This document shows positions 19,054-30,065 of a stretch of 64,000 bases of DNA, piece after piece. Below the pieces are notes generated by a model. The model was given only the letters and a program-made list of their open reading frames with translations, ran no database searches and had not been told where the DNA came from. The first letter of the stretch is position 1. Every line of letters begins with the position of its first letter. The position numbers and the translations under genes were made by a program. Origin of the DNA: a virus (taxonomy: Duplodnaviria > Caudoviricetes); the IMG/VR virus record IMGVR_UViG_3300032174_000005, positions 743-64,742 of that record, one strand, 5' to 3'.

Positions 19054-22000
19054 CCAACGATTTCAAACGCGATCCCTCCGGATTCCCGTTCAAGTTTGAT
19101 GGGATGAAAATCTCCGAGCGCGCGGATACCCTCCCGCCGGGGAAATATGCCGTCGCCCAGAACGTTCGCGCATACTCAGATACCACCGTGCAGACTCGGC
19201 CAGGGACATCCACCCTCGCTGAACTGGGCTCTTCCCATTCCGCCTATTCCGCCCTCGACATGCGCGCGTATGCATCTCTGGGAGGGGATATCGCCCGCAC
19301 CCTAATCTTCGACTCCAACTCCAACGTGTGGCTGGATAACGGGAGCCTTGTGGGCACGCTCGCGGGCGGAGCGAACACCTTCGGCGCATCCCTTATCCCG
19401 TTCCGCCCCGGCGCATCCCCTGCCCCGTGGATGTATGTGGCAAATGGATTCGACTACCAGAAATTCTCCTCCCCGAACACGTTTAATCAGGTGACGCAAG
19501 CCAAAGCGGGCATTGCCGAGCCGCAAACCGCCCCCAACGCGGCGATTGGCGGGAATTCCTCCATTATCACCGCCACGCCATCCTACGTCGCTGCGGGGAC
19601 GGCGGGGGTGATCTCCGCCGGGAATCGCGTATCGGACACCGCAGGCACGGTGCTACAAGACCCCACCACGGACTCCCTCTGGAGCGTGCAGGTCGGCACA
19701 TCCGTGGGATATCAGAAACTCATGTCCGTGACCATCGGATCCACGATATTCATCGTGGTGGATGTGTTCGCCGCGCTGCCCGCAAATATCACCATTCAAG
19801 GGATATATTACTTCTCTGGGAACACGGGACGGTGTGTGGTCGTCCCCGCGAATATCTCCTTCGAGGGGGAAGGGTCCATCTACGGCCCGACCGCGCTCGC
19901 CAGCCTCCGCCGGGGGGCACTCATCAAAATCGGCACGGAAACATGTTACGTCTGGAGCGTCACGAGCGGCCCGAACAATACAATCTCCATCGAAACCTCC
20001 ACTGTGTCCAATCATACAACAGCGGAGGTGCTGACCACCGTCCCCGCCATCGCAGTGATCCCCGAAGCTCCCATCCAGCAGCAATCCTCCATTGGCTCCC
20101 CGTCCATCGCGTCTACCATTTCCCTCGCGGCTAATCCATGGGTGAATCCAAACAACATCTTCACGCTGGATGGGAATTTCGCCACCTGCACGATCCCCAA
20201 TCCGGCGGTGCTGAGTAATTCCGATTACATCGTCGCGACTAATTTCAACTTTGCCATCCCCGCAGGCGCGGTGATTCTCGGCGTGCTGGCCACGGCGTAT
20301 GTGAAATCCACTCCAGTTAATGGCGTGTTCACCTTCGGCGTGCGGCTGGTAATCGGCAACGCGCTCACGGGCAACACAGAAGGGATATTCACGCCCGTGT
20401 GGACGGGAACGGTCGCCCCGGCGTTATGGGGAGGGCAGGCGGATACGTGGGGACTGGCACTGACCCCCGCTATCGTGAATTCTGCGGGATTCGGATTCGG
20501 GCTGGGAGTGCAGGCCACCGCGATTCAACCCACCGAAGCATTCATAGACTGGATGAATTTACAAATATTTTACACCGTCCCCGGCGCGGGTATCACTCCC
20601 CCCGCACCCACAAACTCCATCGTAGCTGTGGATTCCACGTATCAGGTGACCACGGGGCAGGGCACCGCCACTTCCACCAGCATCTCCCCGAATCCGTTTA
20701 ATCTATCTGGCGTGTCCTTCCAGCCAGATGATTACATCTCCATTGGGATCAATATCGACACGCTGGTTAATCTGACTGAGGTGAAATTTCTCCTTGATGT
20801 CGGGGATGCGAGCTTCACGCAGAACTTTTTCTATTACACCATCCGGCCATCGGATATCGCCACGGCCATCGCCAACACATCCACGCAGCTCGCCGCAGCG
20901 CAAACAGTGTCCCAGCGATCGCAGATTGATTCCGAGACTGCCGCGATCAACGCACAGGCGGGGTATTTTGATCTAACCAGCGGCGCGCAACTATCCCCTG
21001 GAACTGGCCAATGGACGCAGATTGTATTCCCCATCAGTTCGCTCGTGCGCGTGGGGAATGACCAGACGAAGTCCCTTCAAACTCTCACCAAGATACAATT
21101 CCTATGGAACGCGAGCGGGACGATCAACGTGGCGACGGACCTCCCCGTGGTGATTGGAGGATTCCAGCCGGATGTAGGGGATCAGGGGGCACCTTACCTG
21201 TATCGCGTGCGGCCACGATCCCGATCTACTGGAGTGGTAGGGAATCCCTCCCCGGCCACGCGATACGGCGTCAACCCGCGCAGACATTTCGTGAACGTAT
21301 ACCTTCCCTCCGCGCTGTATGACCCGCAAATCGACACTTGGGATATCTTCCGGTATGGCGGAACGGTCACGGAATGGCGGTTCATCGGCTCCACCCCTTC
21401 CGCCAGCAGCCAGTTCCTCGACAACTTCGACGATGCCGCCGCGCAGGCCGGGGATGCGCTGGACTTCGACAACTTTGAGCCATGGCCAAGCGTGGATGTC
21501 CCGAATATCGGCACCGCATCTATCGTGAACGGGACATTAGCTACAGTGGTCAGCACGGACCCGGATATCATCGGCTATCTCCCCGGAACACTGGTTGAAC
21601 TGGGCGGGTCGAACGCATACACGCTGTGGGCCAGACCCACGCTGATTTCAGGGAACACATACCTTCTGCAATTTGTCGAGAATGCCGGCGCTGGAACAAA
21701 CATCCCTTACATCATCCAAGAGCCCGCGCTTGCGAGGCAGTTCCTCCCGTTTATGTGGGGGCCGGATGCGAATGGGACGGTGTTCGCGTGCGGGGATCAG
21801 CTGCGGCCCGGATCATTATATTTCTCAAAGAACTACGCGCCGGATTCCGCCCCGGATACATATAATCAGGAAATCAGTCAGCCGAGCGAACCGTTACTGG
21901 GCGGGGAAACAATCGACGGATTATCCTATGTCGCCTCACCAGAACGCTGGTGGGCACTGTACCCGCAGCCGCAAGACACGGCACAACGGTATTCCGTGGT

Positions 22001-23180
22001 GCAGCAACCGTTCGACCGGGGGCTCGCGGCACCATTCGGCCACTGCACAGACGGGAAATCCCTCTTCTGGGTGGCGAAGGATAGCATTCAGTCCTCATCT
22101 CAGGGGAATCTCACAGGGGATATGTATAAATTGTTCCCGCATGAAGGGATCGCCGGGGAGAATCACACCTACGGCGGGATTACCATCTTCGCGCCGGACT
22201 ACACTCGCGCGAACACCTTCCGTCTGACCTATTCCCTCGGATACTTATACTTCATCTATCAGGATTCCACGAGCACCTATCGCATGCTGACCCTCGACAT
22301 CCGACGTGGCGCATGGTGCGTGGACCAGTATCCCACCCCCGCCACCGCAGCTTATCACGTGGAGCAGGAGCCGCAGTCCGACTCAAAGGTGCTCCTCTTG
22401 GCGTTCAGTCTAATTGTGGGTGGACTGCCCCCCGCGCACTCCATCCTCCTCGCGAAGCAGCAGGCGCTATCCAACGATTACAACTCCACCCCTATCTCCT
22501 GTGCCCTCGCGACGAATGAATTCGACGGCGGGGACATCCGCGCGCCGAAGCAATGGGGGGATTTCTTCGTGGATTGCCTGCCCAGCAGCGCGGACGTGGC
22601 AACCCCCGGTCTCACCGTCACTCCAGTATCCATCGGCGCGGCAGTGGCACCTGCAACCATCATCCCCACCTCTCCCACGCGGGTCCGCACTCCAGTCAGT
22701 GTTGGCGGGGTGGTGATCAGCGATTTTATGGGGATGCTGGCCACGTGGCTGGATGATTTCACAACGCAAATCGTGCCGACGAAATTGTACTCCTGGCAAC
22801 CCAGCTATGACATCCAGCCGGTTCGCGCGATCGCATGGAGCACTTTCGGCACCAGCTACGGGATTGAAGGGTATATGCATGTGCCATGGGTAGGGATTGC
22901 TTATGTTGCGCTCGCGCCGGTGCAACTTACTTGTGTGTGCTACGACGGGCAGTCTCCCGCGCAGATTTTCCTACCCGCAACTGGAGGATCGCTGGCGAAA
23001 GCACTGTTCCGCCTGTCCGCCAACAAGGGCCAGCTATACACATTTTCCATGTCCAGCACCCTGCCGTTTCAGATCTTCTCGAATGATTGTGATATTTACG
23101 TGGGCGCGTGGGGGAGGCAGGATAACTATCTCACTGTCCAGAGGTTCGGAGGCGAAGATGTCGAGCCATCCCCAATCTAG
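19050..23180 (+). CDS. Tail nozzle / tubular protein B-like with large insertions
   Basis: 1376 aa; AQNVR N-terminus, LYFSK..PDS, TNEFDGGD...PKQW C-terminal motifs; podovirus gene order. Confidence 0.65.
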   Translation: MTNDFKRDPSGFPFKFDGMKISERADTLPPGKYAVAQNVRAYSDTTVQTRPGTSTLAELGSSHSAYSALDMRAYASLGGDIARTLIFDSNSNVWLDNGSLVGTLAGGANTFGASLIPFRPGASPAPWMYVANGFDYQKFSSPNTFNQVTQAKAGIAEPQTAPNAAIGGNSSIITATPSYVAAGTAGVISAGNRVSDTAGTVLQDPTTDSLWSVQVGTSVGYQKLMSVTIGSTIFIVVDVFAALPANITIQGIYYFSGNTGRCVVVPANISFEGEGSIYGPTALASLRRGALIKIGTETCYVWSVTSGPNNTISIETSTVSNHTTAEVLTTVPAIAVIPEAPIQQQSSIGSPSIASTISLAANPWVNPNNIFTLDGNFATCTIPNPAVLSNSDYIVATNFNFAIPAGAVILGVLATAYVKSTPVNGVFTFGVRLVIGNALTGNTEGIFTPVWTGTVAPALWGGQADTWGLALTPAIVNSAGFGFGLGVQATAIQPTEAFIDWMNLQIFYTVPGAGITPPAPTNSIVAVDSTYQVTTGQGTATSTSISPNPFNLSGVSFQPDDYISIGINIDTLVNLTEVKFLLDVGDASFTQNFFYYTIRPSDIATAIANTSTQLAAAQTVSQRSQIDSETAAINAQAGYFDLTSGAQLSPGTGQWTQIVFPISSLVRVGNDQTKSLQTLTKIQFLWNASGTINVATDLPVVIGGFQPDVGDQGAPYLYRVRPRSRSTGVVGNPSPATRYGVNPRRHFVNVYLPSALYDPQIDTWDIFRYGGTVTEWRFIGSTPSASSQFLDNFDDAAAQAGDALDFDNFEPWPSVDVPNIGTASIVNGTLATVVSTDPDIIGYLPGTLVELGGSNAYTLWARPTLISGNTYLLQFVENAGAGTNIPYIIQEPALARQFLPFMWGPDANGTVFACGDQLRPGSLYFSKNYAPDSAPDTYNQEISQPSEPLLGGETIDGLSYVASPERWWALYPQPQDTAQRYSVVQQPFDRGLAAPFGHCTDGKSLFWVAKDSIQSSSQGNLTGDMYKLFPHEGIAGENHTYGGITIFAPDYTRANTFRLTYSLGYLYFIYQDSTSTYRMLTLDIRRGAWCVDQYPTPATAAYHVEQEPQSDSKVLLLAFSLIVGGLPPAHSILLAKQQALSNDYNSTPISCALATNEFDGGDIRAPKQWGDFFVDCLPSSADVATPGLTVTPVSIGAAVAPATIIPTSPTRVRTPVSVGGVVISDFMGMLATWLDDFTTQIVPTKLYSWQPSYDIQPVRAIAWSTFGTSYGIEGYMHVPWVGIAYVALAPVQLTCVCYDGQSPAQIFLPATGGSLAKALFRLSANKGQLYTFSMSSTLPFQIFSNDCDIYVGAWGRQDNYLTVQRFGGEDVEPSPI

Positions 23181-23463
23181 ATGGTATCCAAGCGCGGACC
23201 AGTTAAAGGATCCCGCCACGACGCAGCGCGCGATGAAGCAGGTGCTGGATCAGCTGTATTCGCTTCAGGATCAGCATTCCGCATTACAGGCCAGCCACGC
23301 CGCGCTGCAATCCAAAGTGGCAGCGTCCACGCCCGCTGAGGTGAACGGCCCCGCGAACACAAAGTTGCTAGGCCTCAATGTCGCACCGGTTGACACGAAT
23401 TCTCTCGCGAATGGGGCCACTTTAAAGTATAACAAGGCGACAGGTAACTTTTCGTTCCAATAG
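23158..23463 (+). CDS. Coiled-coil tail-associated protein
   Basis: GGAGG RBS before ATG 23158; heptad segment; LKYNKATGNF end. Confidence 0.55.
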   Translation: MSSHPQSRWYPSADQLKDPATTQRAMKQVLDQLYSLQDQHSALQASHAALQSKVAASTPAEVNGPANTKLLGLNVAPVDTNSLANGATLKYNKATGNFSFQ

Positions 23464-23474
23464 GAGTGTGAGAG

Positions 23475-23909
23475 ATGGCAAGCGTGATGCAAGACAAACA
23501 AGGTCCGATCTGGCCACTAGGGCAGATCGTCGTCACCTCCCCTGGGACGCCCGTCAACATCATGTCCCTCGTGGATTCCACGAACCGCGATGCGCCGGAA
23601 ACGGCCAATCCCTCCGCTGCGGGAGTCCCCGGCGCGGAATACACAAACCGCGCGCAGCAGATACTATTCCAAGCATTCAAAGGCTCCCCTGCGGTGAACA
23701 ACACGGGGAACATTTATATTATTAAAAAGGGCGGCACGGGGACGCAGAACCGCTCGGACACTGGCGCGATCGTGGTGATCCTCGCGCCGGGGCAGACCTT
23801 CTCCCTCGGCAGCGCGGCGCTGAATCGAAACGTGTTTAACGCATACGAGTATTTCATCGACGCAGACAACGCGAACGACTGCGCCCAAGTCACGCTTATC
23901 ATTCAGTGA
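23475..23909 (+). CDS. Virion structural protein
   Basis: AGGAG RBS; NNTGNIYI...ILAPGQ jelly-roll-like motif. Confidence 0.55.
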   Translation: MASVMQDKQGPIWPLGQIVVTSPGTPVNIMSLVDSTNRDAPETANPSAAGVPGAEYTNRAQQILFQAFKGSPAVNNTGNIYIIKKGGTGTQNRSDTGAIVVILAPGQTFSLGSAALNRNVFNAYEYFIDADNANDCAQVTLIIQ

Positions 23910-23915
23910 GGGATT

Positions 23916-24998
23916 ATGAAACGCATATTACTTATCATCCCGATGATGTTGGTAGCCGGGGCTTTATGGGGACAATCCAACATAAACGGAGGCGGAGGCA
24001 GCGGGACGGGATCGGGCACGGTATCCGGCCAAGCGAATAATGTAATCCCCAAGGGCACGACGGCGACGACCATCACCCAACAATCCTCCATCACGGATAA
24101 CGGAACCACCGTCAGCGTCACCGAGCCCATCACCACCACCGGCAGCGTCAGCACGGGAAGCGGCTGCACTCCCGCAGGCTCCACCGCCACGGGTGGGTTG
24201 TGTGGAACGGAAGCCACCAGCACAGGATGGACGCCCACCGCTGGATTCGACTACATGCGCGCGGATTCGACCCAGCATACTTTTCTGTGCTCACTGAACG
24301 GCGCGGCGGAAGTGTTATGCGGAGGGGCGAATTTTCCTCTCACCGTATCGGGCACCGTCACCTCCGGCGGAATGCCGTACTTCAATTCCACCACGCAGGA
24401 ATCCTCCTCTGGGATAATGAACGCGAATATTCTGATTAAAGGTGGCGGCGCGGGGGCTGCTCCCACAAACTCCAGCATCACAGACAACGGGACGACGGTA
24501 AGCACGTCAGAGAATCTGGTAACCACTGGAGCGGTTTCCACTGGCACCTCCCCTCCCACCTGCACGATCGGCACCGCTGGCGCACATTGCTTTGGAGAAG
24601 GAACGGCTCCAACGGGCGCGGCTTCTGTGGATGCCCTCTACGGGGATGCTACCGCCCATCAGCTCAAAATGATCAACAACAACGGCACGGCGGATATCGT
24701 CGGGGACGCTATCGTGCAGTTCTGCGGGGCGACCTCAGGCGCGTCCCAAGCCTGCGTGAAGACTCGCGAAATCAATCCCTTCATCATATTTGGGGACGTG
24801 GCGCTGAACACCGCCACCTCGCAGTCCATCACCTCCCTGCCATTCACCGCCGCCGCTGACTACTCCTGCACGGGGAGCGACCTCACCACCGCAGCGGGGG
24901 TTGTAACATTCAACACCTACGCCGCAGCGTCCGTGACCATCGCGGAAACGGGCGGCGTCAACACGGATCATCTGAGGTATATATGCATCGGCTTCTAA
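23916..24998 (+). CDS. Fibre-like protein with signal peptide
   Basis: Thr/Gly-rich; duplicated SSITDNGTTVS; hydrophobic N-terminus followed by Q. Confidence 0.6.
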   Translation: MKRILLIIPMMLVAGALWGQSNINGGGGSGTGSGTVSGQANNVIPKGTTATTITQQSSITDNGTTVSVTEPITTTGSVSTGSGCTPAGSTATGGLCGTEATSTGWTPTAGFDYMRADSTQHTFLCSLNGAAEVLCGGANFPLTVSGTVTSGGMPYFNSTTQESSSGIMNANILIKGGGAGAAPTNSSITDNGTTVSTSENLVTTGAVSTGTSPPTCTIGTAGAHCFGEGTAPTGAASVDALYGDATAHQLKMINNNGTADIVGDAIVQFCGATSGASQACVKTREINPFIIFGDVALNTATSQSITSLPFTAAADYSCTGSDLTTAAGVVTFNTYAAASVTIAETGGVNTDHLRYICIGF

Positions 24999-25753
24999 AG
25001 CGCATCCTTCCACTCGCGGGATTGCTGCTATGCGCCGTTCCTTCAGAAGCGCAATGGACGAAAATTCAATCTCCAACTCCTAACACCACCCTTGCGACCA
25101 AGACGGTCACTTCTACTGGCGCAGGGCACCTTTTAATTGTAATGGTGAATGGAGCTAGTGGCGGAGCTACCACGCACAATACGCCAACCACGACCGGAAC
25201 AGCGCAGACTTGGGTAACGTTGTGTTCTCAATGTCAGGACGGCTCTCACGGAGTCAACGCTGGAATTTTCTATACCTGCAATTCTGCTGCGGGAACCACG
25301 GGCATCAATGCCACCGATTCAGCATCCGATGCCAACATCGCAATTACTTTCTTGGAATATTCGGGGAACGCTACCTCTTCCTGTCACGATAAGGGAACGA
25401 CTCTTCAGGACGCCGGGTCATCAAGCAACTGGACCTCCGCATCCATCACACCGACAGCCGGGGCGCTGGTTACTGTTTTTGGCTATCAGGGAACGACAGG
25501 AGGAACCACATATACCGCAACGGCCAGCGGGTATGCGATTGAATCTCAGGCAAACTTTGCATCTCTTGGTGGAGCTCTTTTCTTCGCTGACAACTCCACA
25601 GCTTCAGGCGCGACGAGCGGCGCGGGAGCCATTGGAACGACTTCGGCCTATCAATACACAAATATAGATTCCTGGCTGGCTGGCGCTGCGGGTGCGGCTG
25701 CCAGCAAAATTGCCGGTCCATCTACGGTAGCGGGTCCAACAAAAACAGACTAA
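24983..25753 (+). CDS. Thr-rich beta protein with signal peptide (fibre tip-like)
   Basis: ...LLLCAVPSEA-Q; TGAGHLLIV, EYSG motifs. Confidence 0.55.
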   Translation: MHRLLKRILPLAGLLLCAVPSEAQWTKIQSPTPNTTLATKTVTSTGAGHLLIVMVNGASGGATTHNTPTTTGTAQTWVTLCSQCQDGSHGVNAGIFYTCNSAAGTTGINATDSASDANIAITFLEYSGNATSSCHDKGTTLQDAGSSSNWTSASITPTAGALVTVFGYQGTTGGTTYTATASGYAIESQANFASLGGALFFADNSTASGATSGAGAIGTTSAYQYTNIDSWLAGAAGAAASKIAGPSTVAGPTKTD

Positions 25754-27339
25754 TGCGGATATTCATTCTAATCGCGCTCATTGGATTGTTCGCCTTCTGT
25801 GTGGTTCCCGCACACGGGCAGGGATATACCGCCCGTACCGATCTGACGAATCAGCCTTACCCTGGCACGATTCCTTGCCCCTCTTCAGGGGGATGTTCTG
25901 GGGGAGGCAACGCTTCGGGACAAGGCTACTGCTTCACGCCAACCGATTTCAACATCCTGACATGCAGGCTGACCGATAATAGCGCCGGAGGCAGCCAGCA
26001 CAGCTACGGCGCGGATTGTGGCGGCTCTGCGGAAATTAACATGTTCAGTTCTGATGACACCATGACGTTTGCTTGTACAGGGGGAAGCGTTCCAATTGTC
26101 ATCAATTTGCCCGCCTCTTTTGCGAATGGCGCAAATTCCATTACCACGCGCTATCCAGGGCAGGGTCCAAACGGCGATGGAATGCTTGGAGGGTGCGCGG
26201 CCGGAGCAACCTTCATCACCACCACTCCCGAATTCAGTTTCACTCAGCCGAAGATTGCCTATGTGGAGAGTTTCAACGCCTCTGGCAATCAATCTATTTG
26301 CCAATACGATTTCACAAGCGCAACCACCATGCCCACCTCAGGCAACGGAAAAGCATCTGTCCTGATCGACCTTTCCACATGCGCTGGAGCGCTGGCAGGC
26401 GTCGGCTATGGCACTTACGTGGATGATGTAAACGTAAGTTCAGACGATCAGACGTTCGCTGTTCTTGGCAGCACGACAGCAGGGCAGGGCTCAACCGGGG
26501 CGGTCTGGGTTGTGGTCTGGAATCGAACCAACGGCTGTCGCGTATGGAATACAGCCACCGGCGCAGTGACCGGCGCAATGGGCGCTCTCGCTTATCCGAC
26601 CGGCTCCATCAATATCACGGACCGTTTTTATCTTCATAATGTTCGCCTAAGCAAGAATGGGCATGTCGTTAAGGTTACGCAGAATACTTGCACAGCTTCA
26701 CCTGGCGGCTGCACGGTCAACACAAGCACTTATATCTGGGACATCACCGGATTAACCGTAAATCGCATTATTAACGATGGCACGCTTGGCTGTGGTCACA
26801 ACACTATCGGCCAGACTTCCACCATGAATCTTTGCAGCGGATTTCAGTTCCGGCCATTCAGCAGTAACGATCAATCGGGAACGGACGTTCTTGCAGGACA
26901 CTATCCGGGAGCCTTTTCCGAAGACGGCCACGCAGGATTCAGCAATGGAAATTCCGCTGACACATTGCCTGTGCTTTGGAGCCTCTACAACGGAACTTTT
27001 GCGCCAGCCGAAGCATGGGACAACGAAATTATAGGCGTGCGACTCGATGGAAGCGGTGTGGCCTACCGATTCGCGCATAGCTACATCACCGGACAGGCTG
27101 TTGATTTTGGGGCACAGTTTGGAATTGGCGCGATTTCCGCAGATGGAAAATATTTTATCTGGAGTACGGACTGGGATGGAATGCTCGGCACTTCCGCTCC
27201 TGCCAATTCCTGCACGATTGGCTCGAATTGCAGGGATGATTTGTTTCTTGCCGTCTTGCCTGTTTCAGCAAGTCCAGGGACTACAGGCTTCATTCTCCCC
27301 TCCGGCGTGACGCTGGCGAAAGGAGCATCGGTACAATGA
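25753..27339 (+). CDS. Cys-rich beta-propeller-like protein with signal peptide
   Basis: ...VVPAHG-Q; ISADGKYFIWSTDW blade motif; many spaced Cys pairs. Confidence 0.6.
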   Translation: MRIFILIALIGLFAFCVVPAHGQGYTARTDLTNQPYPGTIPCPSSGGCSGGGNASGQGYCFTPTDFNILTCRLTDNSAGGSQHSYGADCGGSAEINMFSSDDTMTFACTGGSVPIVINLPASFANGANSITTRYPGQGPNGDGMLGGCAAGATFITTTPEFSFTQPKIAYVESFNASGNQSICQYDFTSATTMPTSGNGKASVLIDLSTCAGALAGVGYGTYVDDVNVSSDDQTFAVLGSTTAGQGSTGAVWVVVWNRTNGCRVWNTATGAVTGAMGALAYPTGSINITDRFYLHNVRLSKNGHVVKVTQNTCTASPGGCTVNTSTYIWDITGLTVNRIINDGTLGCGHNTIGQTSTMNLCSGFQFRPFSSNDQSGTDVLAGHYPGAFSEDGHAGFSNGNSADTLPVLWSLYNGTFAPAEAWDNEIIGVRLDGSGVAYRFAHSYITGQAVDFGAQFGIGAISADGKYFIWSTDWDGMLGTSAPANSCTIGSNCRDDLFLAVLPVSASPGTTGFILPSGVTLAKGASVQ

Positions 27340-27716
27340 GCGAAGTGAATTATAGGTGGATTGATGGGCCTACTGCGACGGATGAGGAATGGAATCGGTT
27401 CGAGGATATACTGGTCGCGCGCGGGTGGATGTCGTTGAATCGTCCCACCTCGCGTGTGCTGGTCGCAGAGGATGAACACAATGAGTTGCTGGGATTTATT
27501 GTGATGCAGCTGGTTCCGCATACGGAGCCGTTGTGGGTCAGGCCGTCACAACGCGGGACGGAAGTCGCGAATGAACTCGCGGATCGTATGCTGAGTTTTA
27601 TGATTGAGATTCAAGCCAGAGGATGGATGCTAGTTGCGTCGAATGATATTATCGCGAAGATGGCAGAGGCGAGGGGAATGGTACGGGAGACACAGCCTGT
27701 GTATGTGGCGAAGTAA
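27336..27716 (+). CDS. GNAT-fold protein preceding ejection proteins
   Basis: LVAED..LLGF, EPLWVRPSQRGT. Confidence 0.65.
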   Translation: MSEVNYRWIDGPTATDEEWNRFEDILVARGWMSLNRPTSRVLVAEDEHNELLGFIVMQLVPHTEPLWVRPSQRGTEVANELADRMLSFMIEIQARGWMLVASNDIIAKMAEARGMVRETQPVYVAK

Positions 27717-27725
27717 GGAGGCCGA

Positions 27726-28298
27726 ATGAACGGGTTCATGGGCATCGGCGGGAAGAATAGTGGCCAGCAGAATCAGGCCATTGGAAATTTAAATAACCTG
27801 TTCAACTTCGGCTTCAGCACGGGGCAGAAGGAAACCGGCGCGGGGAACGCTTCTGTGGGACAGGGGCAGTCTGCATTGGGCATGGCGGGGAATTATTTCT
27901 CCAAGATTGCCAGCGGGAATCGCCAAGCGATGACACAAGCGGCGGCACCCGTGTCGAATGCGGTTCAGAGTCAGGGGGATGCCGCGAGGCGGCAGCAATC
28001 AAGTATGGGCACCGCGCGTGGGGGCGGAGTCGCCAGCACGAATCAGACACAGAAAGATGCGCAGATGGCACAGGTGGATAATGCGTTGTTTGGTGCGCAG
28101 GGCGGAGCTGCGAAGGAAGAGGCAGGAGTCGGCGGGGAGCAGGCACAGGTGGGCCTCGGGCAACTCAGTGCGGCGAATAGTCTGCTGAACAATGCCGCGT
28201 ATGCCAGCGGCACGGCTGGGAGCATCGCCACGCAGGCGAGACAACAATCAGGCCAAGAGCAGCAGCAGATTATCAAGGATATCTTCGGGTTCGGTTAG
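27726..28298 (+). CDS. Internal virion (ejection) protein
   Basis: Gly/Ala/Gln-rich; podovirus position. Confidence 0.6.
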   Translation: MNGFMGIGGKNSGQQNQAIGNLNNLFNFGFSTGQKETGAGNASVGQGQSALGMAGNYFSKIASGNRQAMTQAAAPVSNAVQSQGDAARRQQSSMGTARGGGVASTNQTQKDAQMAQVDNALFGAQGGAAKEEAGVGGEQAQVGLGQLSAANSLLNNAAYASGTAGSIATQARQQSGQEQQQIIKDIFGFG

Positions 28299-28313
28299 GA
28301 ACAGGAGAATTAA

Positions 28314-30065
28314 ATGGGCGGTACACCGACAGTATTGACTCCTCCCCCTGATCCGGGGAATGCAGTCCCAGATGTGCAGAAATCCACTGGGGATAAAATC
28401 GGCGGATTCCTCGGCGCGATATCAAATGGCGGCGCGCTCGGGTCGATTTCCGATGCGCTGGGTCGTGCTCATCAGAAGCGATTGACCGAAGCGAAGATGT
28501 ATCACGATGCGATGGTGGAGAAATTATCCCATCCCGCGTTTAGTGATCCGAATGATCCTGACCATGACAGGATTCAGCAGGAATACAGTTTGGTGAAGGA
28601 TAACTATCTAAAAGCACTGGGTGACAAGGACGCGAAAGCAAACGCCCAGCAGCGCATCGCGATCGCGGAGCATCATGTCGCATCGCAGGGTGGGGGGCAG
28701 AATGGCGCGGTCCCCCCACCGCCTTCCCCGACTGGATCACCATCCCAATCTTCCAGCAGCCCCGCTCAGTCCTCACCCATGCAAGGACCGCCGGCTCCTG
28801 CCGCACCCGCAGCCACTCCTGACGCTGCGGCAGGGAACGGAAATCCTGCGGTCCCCCCGCCCCCGAAGCCGGATGCGACGGATGTGATGGCGGGGGTGCC
28901 TGCGGAGAGGGCGCAGTTACAGCAGAGGGCTGCGTTGAAGCAGAAGCAGGCGGAATCGGATATCGAGCAAAAGCGTCAGATTGCCGTCGCGCAAGCCAAG
29001 CCACCAGCCACGGAATTTTCCGCATGGCAGGACGCGTTTAAAAGTGAACATGGACGTGTACCGACTACCACGGAAATCGACGTACATCTGGCGGAAAAGG
29101 GCGCGGGAAAATCCGCTGCGACGAAACCGCTCGGCACAGAACGCGCGCAGAATCTAAATCAAACGCTAACCGCGTTAAACGGGGGGAAAGATCTCCCGCC
29201 GTATATGATGCTAGGGCCGGATGCCACACAGAAAGATTACGACAACGCGAAATCCGCGATAGATGATATGCGAAAAGCTGCGGCCAAGCCAAAGGACGCG
29301 GATATCAGCGATGATGCGGTGAATGCGTTCGCAGATGTGGTGATGAAGGGCGGTGCGTTGCCGAATCTCGGACTCGGCGGGGCAAACGCGCGTATTAAGA
29401 TCATCAACCGCGTGGGGCAGATTGCCGCTGGGAAGGGAAAACCATCCACAGGAACTGGAGATCAGATTGTTTCTGGAAAGGCGGCTCTGACCGCTCTCAC
29501 GCGAGAACTCACTGGATTGCAGGTCCAGCGCGGAGCGGTCGGGGCATTTGAAAACACCGCGTTGAAGAATCTGGAATTATTTGAAAAGACGGCCGAAGCG
29601 GTGGTGGATAAAGGATCTCCTTGGGTGAATAAGCCATTACGGGAAGTGGAAGCTGGCGGGCTGGGGAGTGATGAGGTAGTGGCTTACAACACCGCACGTA
29701 ACGTGGCTCTGACCGAAATCTCCCGTGTGCTGGCAAATCCGAATATGACAGGGGTGCTCAGTGATCAGCAACGTGGGGAGGTGGGTGCGCTGATTGGGCC
29801 AGGGGCGACGCTATCCAACGTGCTGGCTGCAAGCAAGATATTGAAGCAGGATATGAAGAACAGGAAAGATTCCTTGGATGATGAGCTGGATGCGGTGCAT
29901 ACGCAGATTGGCACGAAGCCGGGGAAAAATACAGGGGGAGAGGCGTGGACGGCTCCGAAGGACGCACCCCCCGCGCCAAAACAGGATGGGCATAAGTTGA
30001 AATCCGGGGATAAGGTAATCGCCGTGAGCAAGGGGGGCGCATGGGCCAATCCCAGTACACAATAG
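28314..30065 (+). CDS. Internal virion (ejection) protein
   Basis: Helical with Pro-rich linker; GVLSDQQ motif; position. Confidence 0.6.
   Translation: MGGTPTVLTPPPDPGNAVPDVQKSTGDKIGGFLGAISNGGALGSISDALGRAHQKRLTEAKMYHDAMVEKLSHPAFSDPNDPDHDRIQQEYSLVKDNYLKALGDKDAKANAQQRIAIAEHHVASQGGGQNGAVPPPPSPTGSPSQSSSSPAQSSPMQGPPAPAAPAATPDAAAGNGNPAVPPPPKPDATDVMAGVPAERAQLQQRAALKQKQAESDIEQKRQIAVAQAKPPATEFSAWQDAFKSEHGRVPTTTEIDVHLAEKGAGKSAATKPLGTERAQNLNQTLTALNGGKDLPPYMMLGPDATQKDYDNAKSAIDDMRKAAAKPKDADISDDAVNAFADVVMKGGALPNLGLGGANARIKIINRVGQIAAGKGKPSTGTGDQIVSGKAALTALTRELTGLQVQRGAVGAFENTALKNLELFEKTAEAVVDKGSPWVNKPLREVEAGGLGSDEVVAYNTARNVALTEISRVLANPNMTGVLSDQQRGEVGALIGPGATLSNVLAASKILKQDMKNRKDSLDDELDAVHTQIGTKPGKNTGGEAWTAPKDAPPAPKQDGHKLKSGDKVIAVSKGGAWANPSTQ

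Noticed and set aside
11532-27339. Diversity-generating retroelement acting on fibre genes
   Set aside because: No reverse transcriptase and no template/variable repeat pair seen
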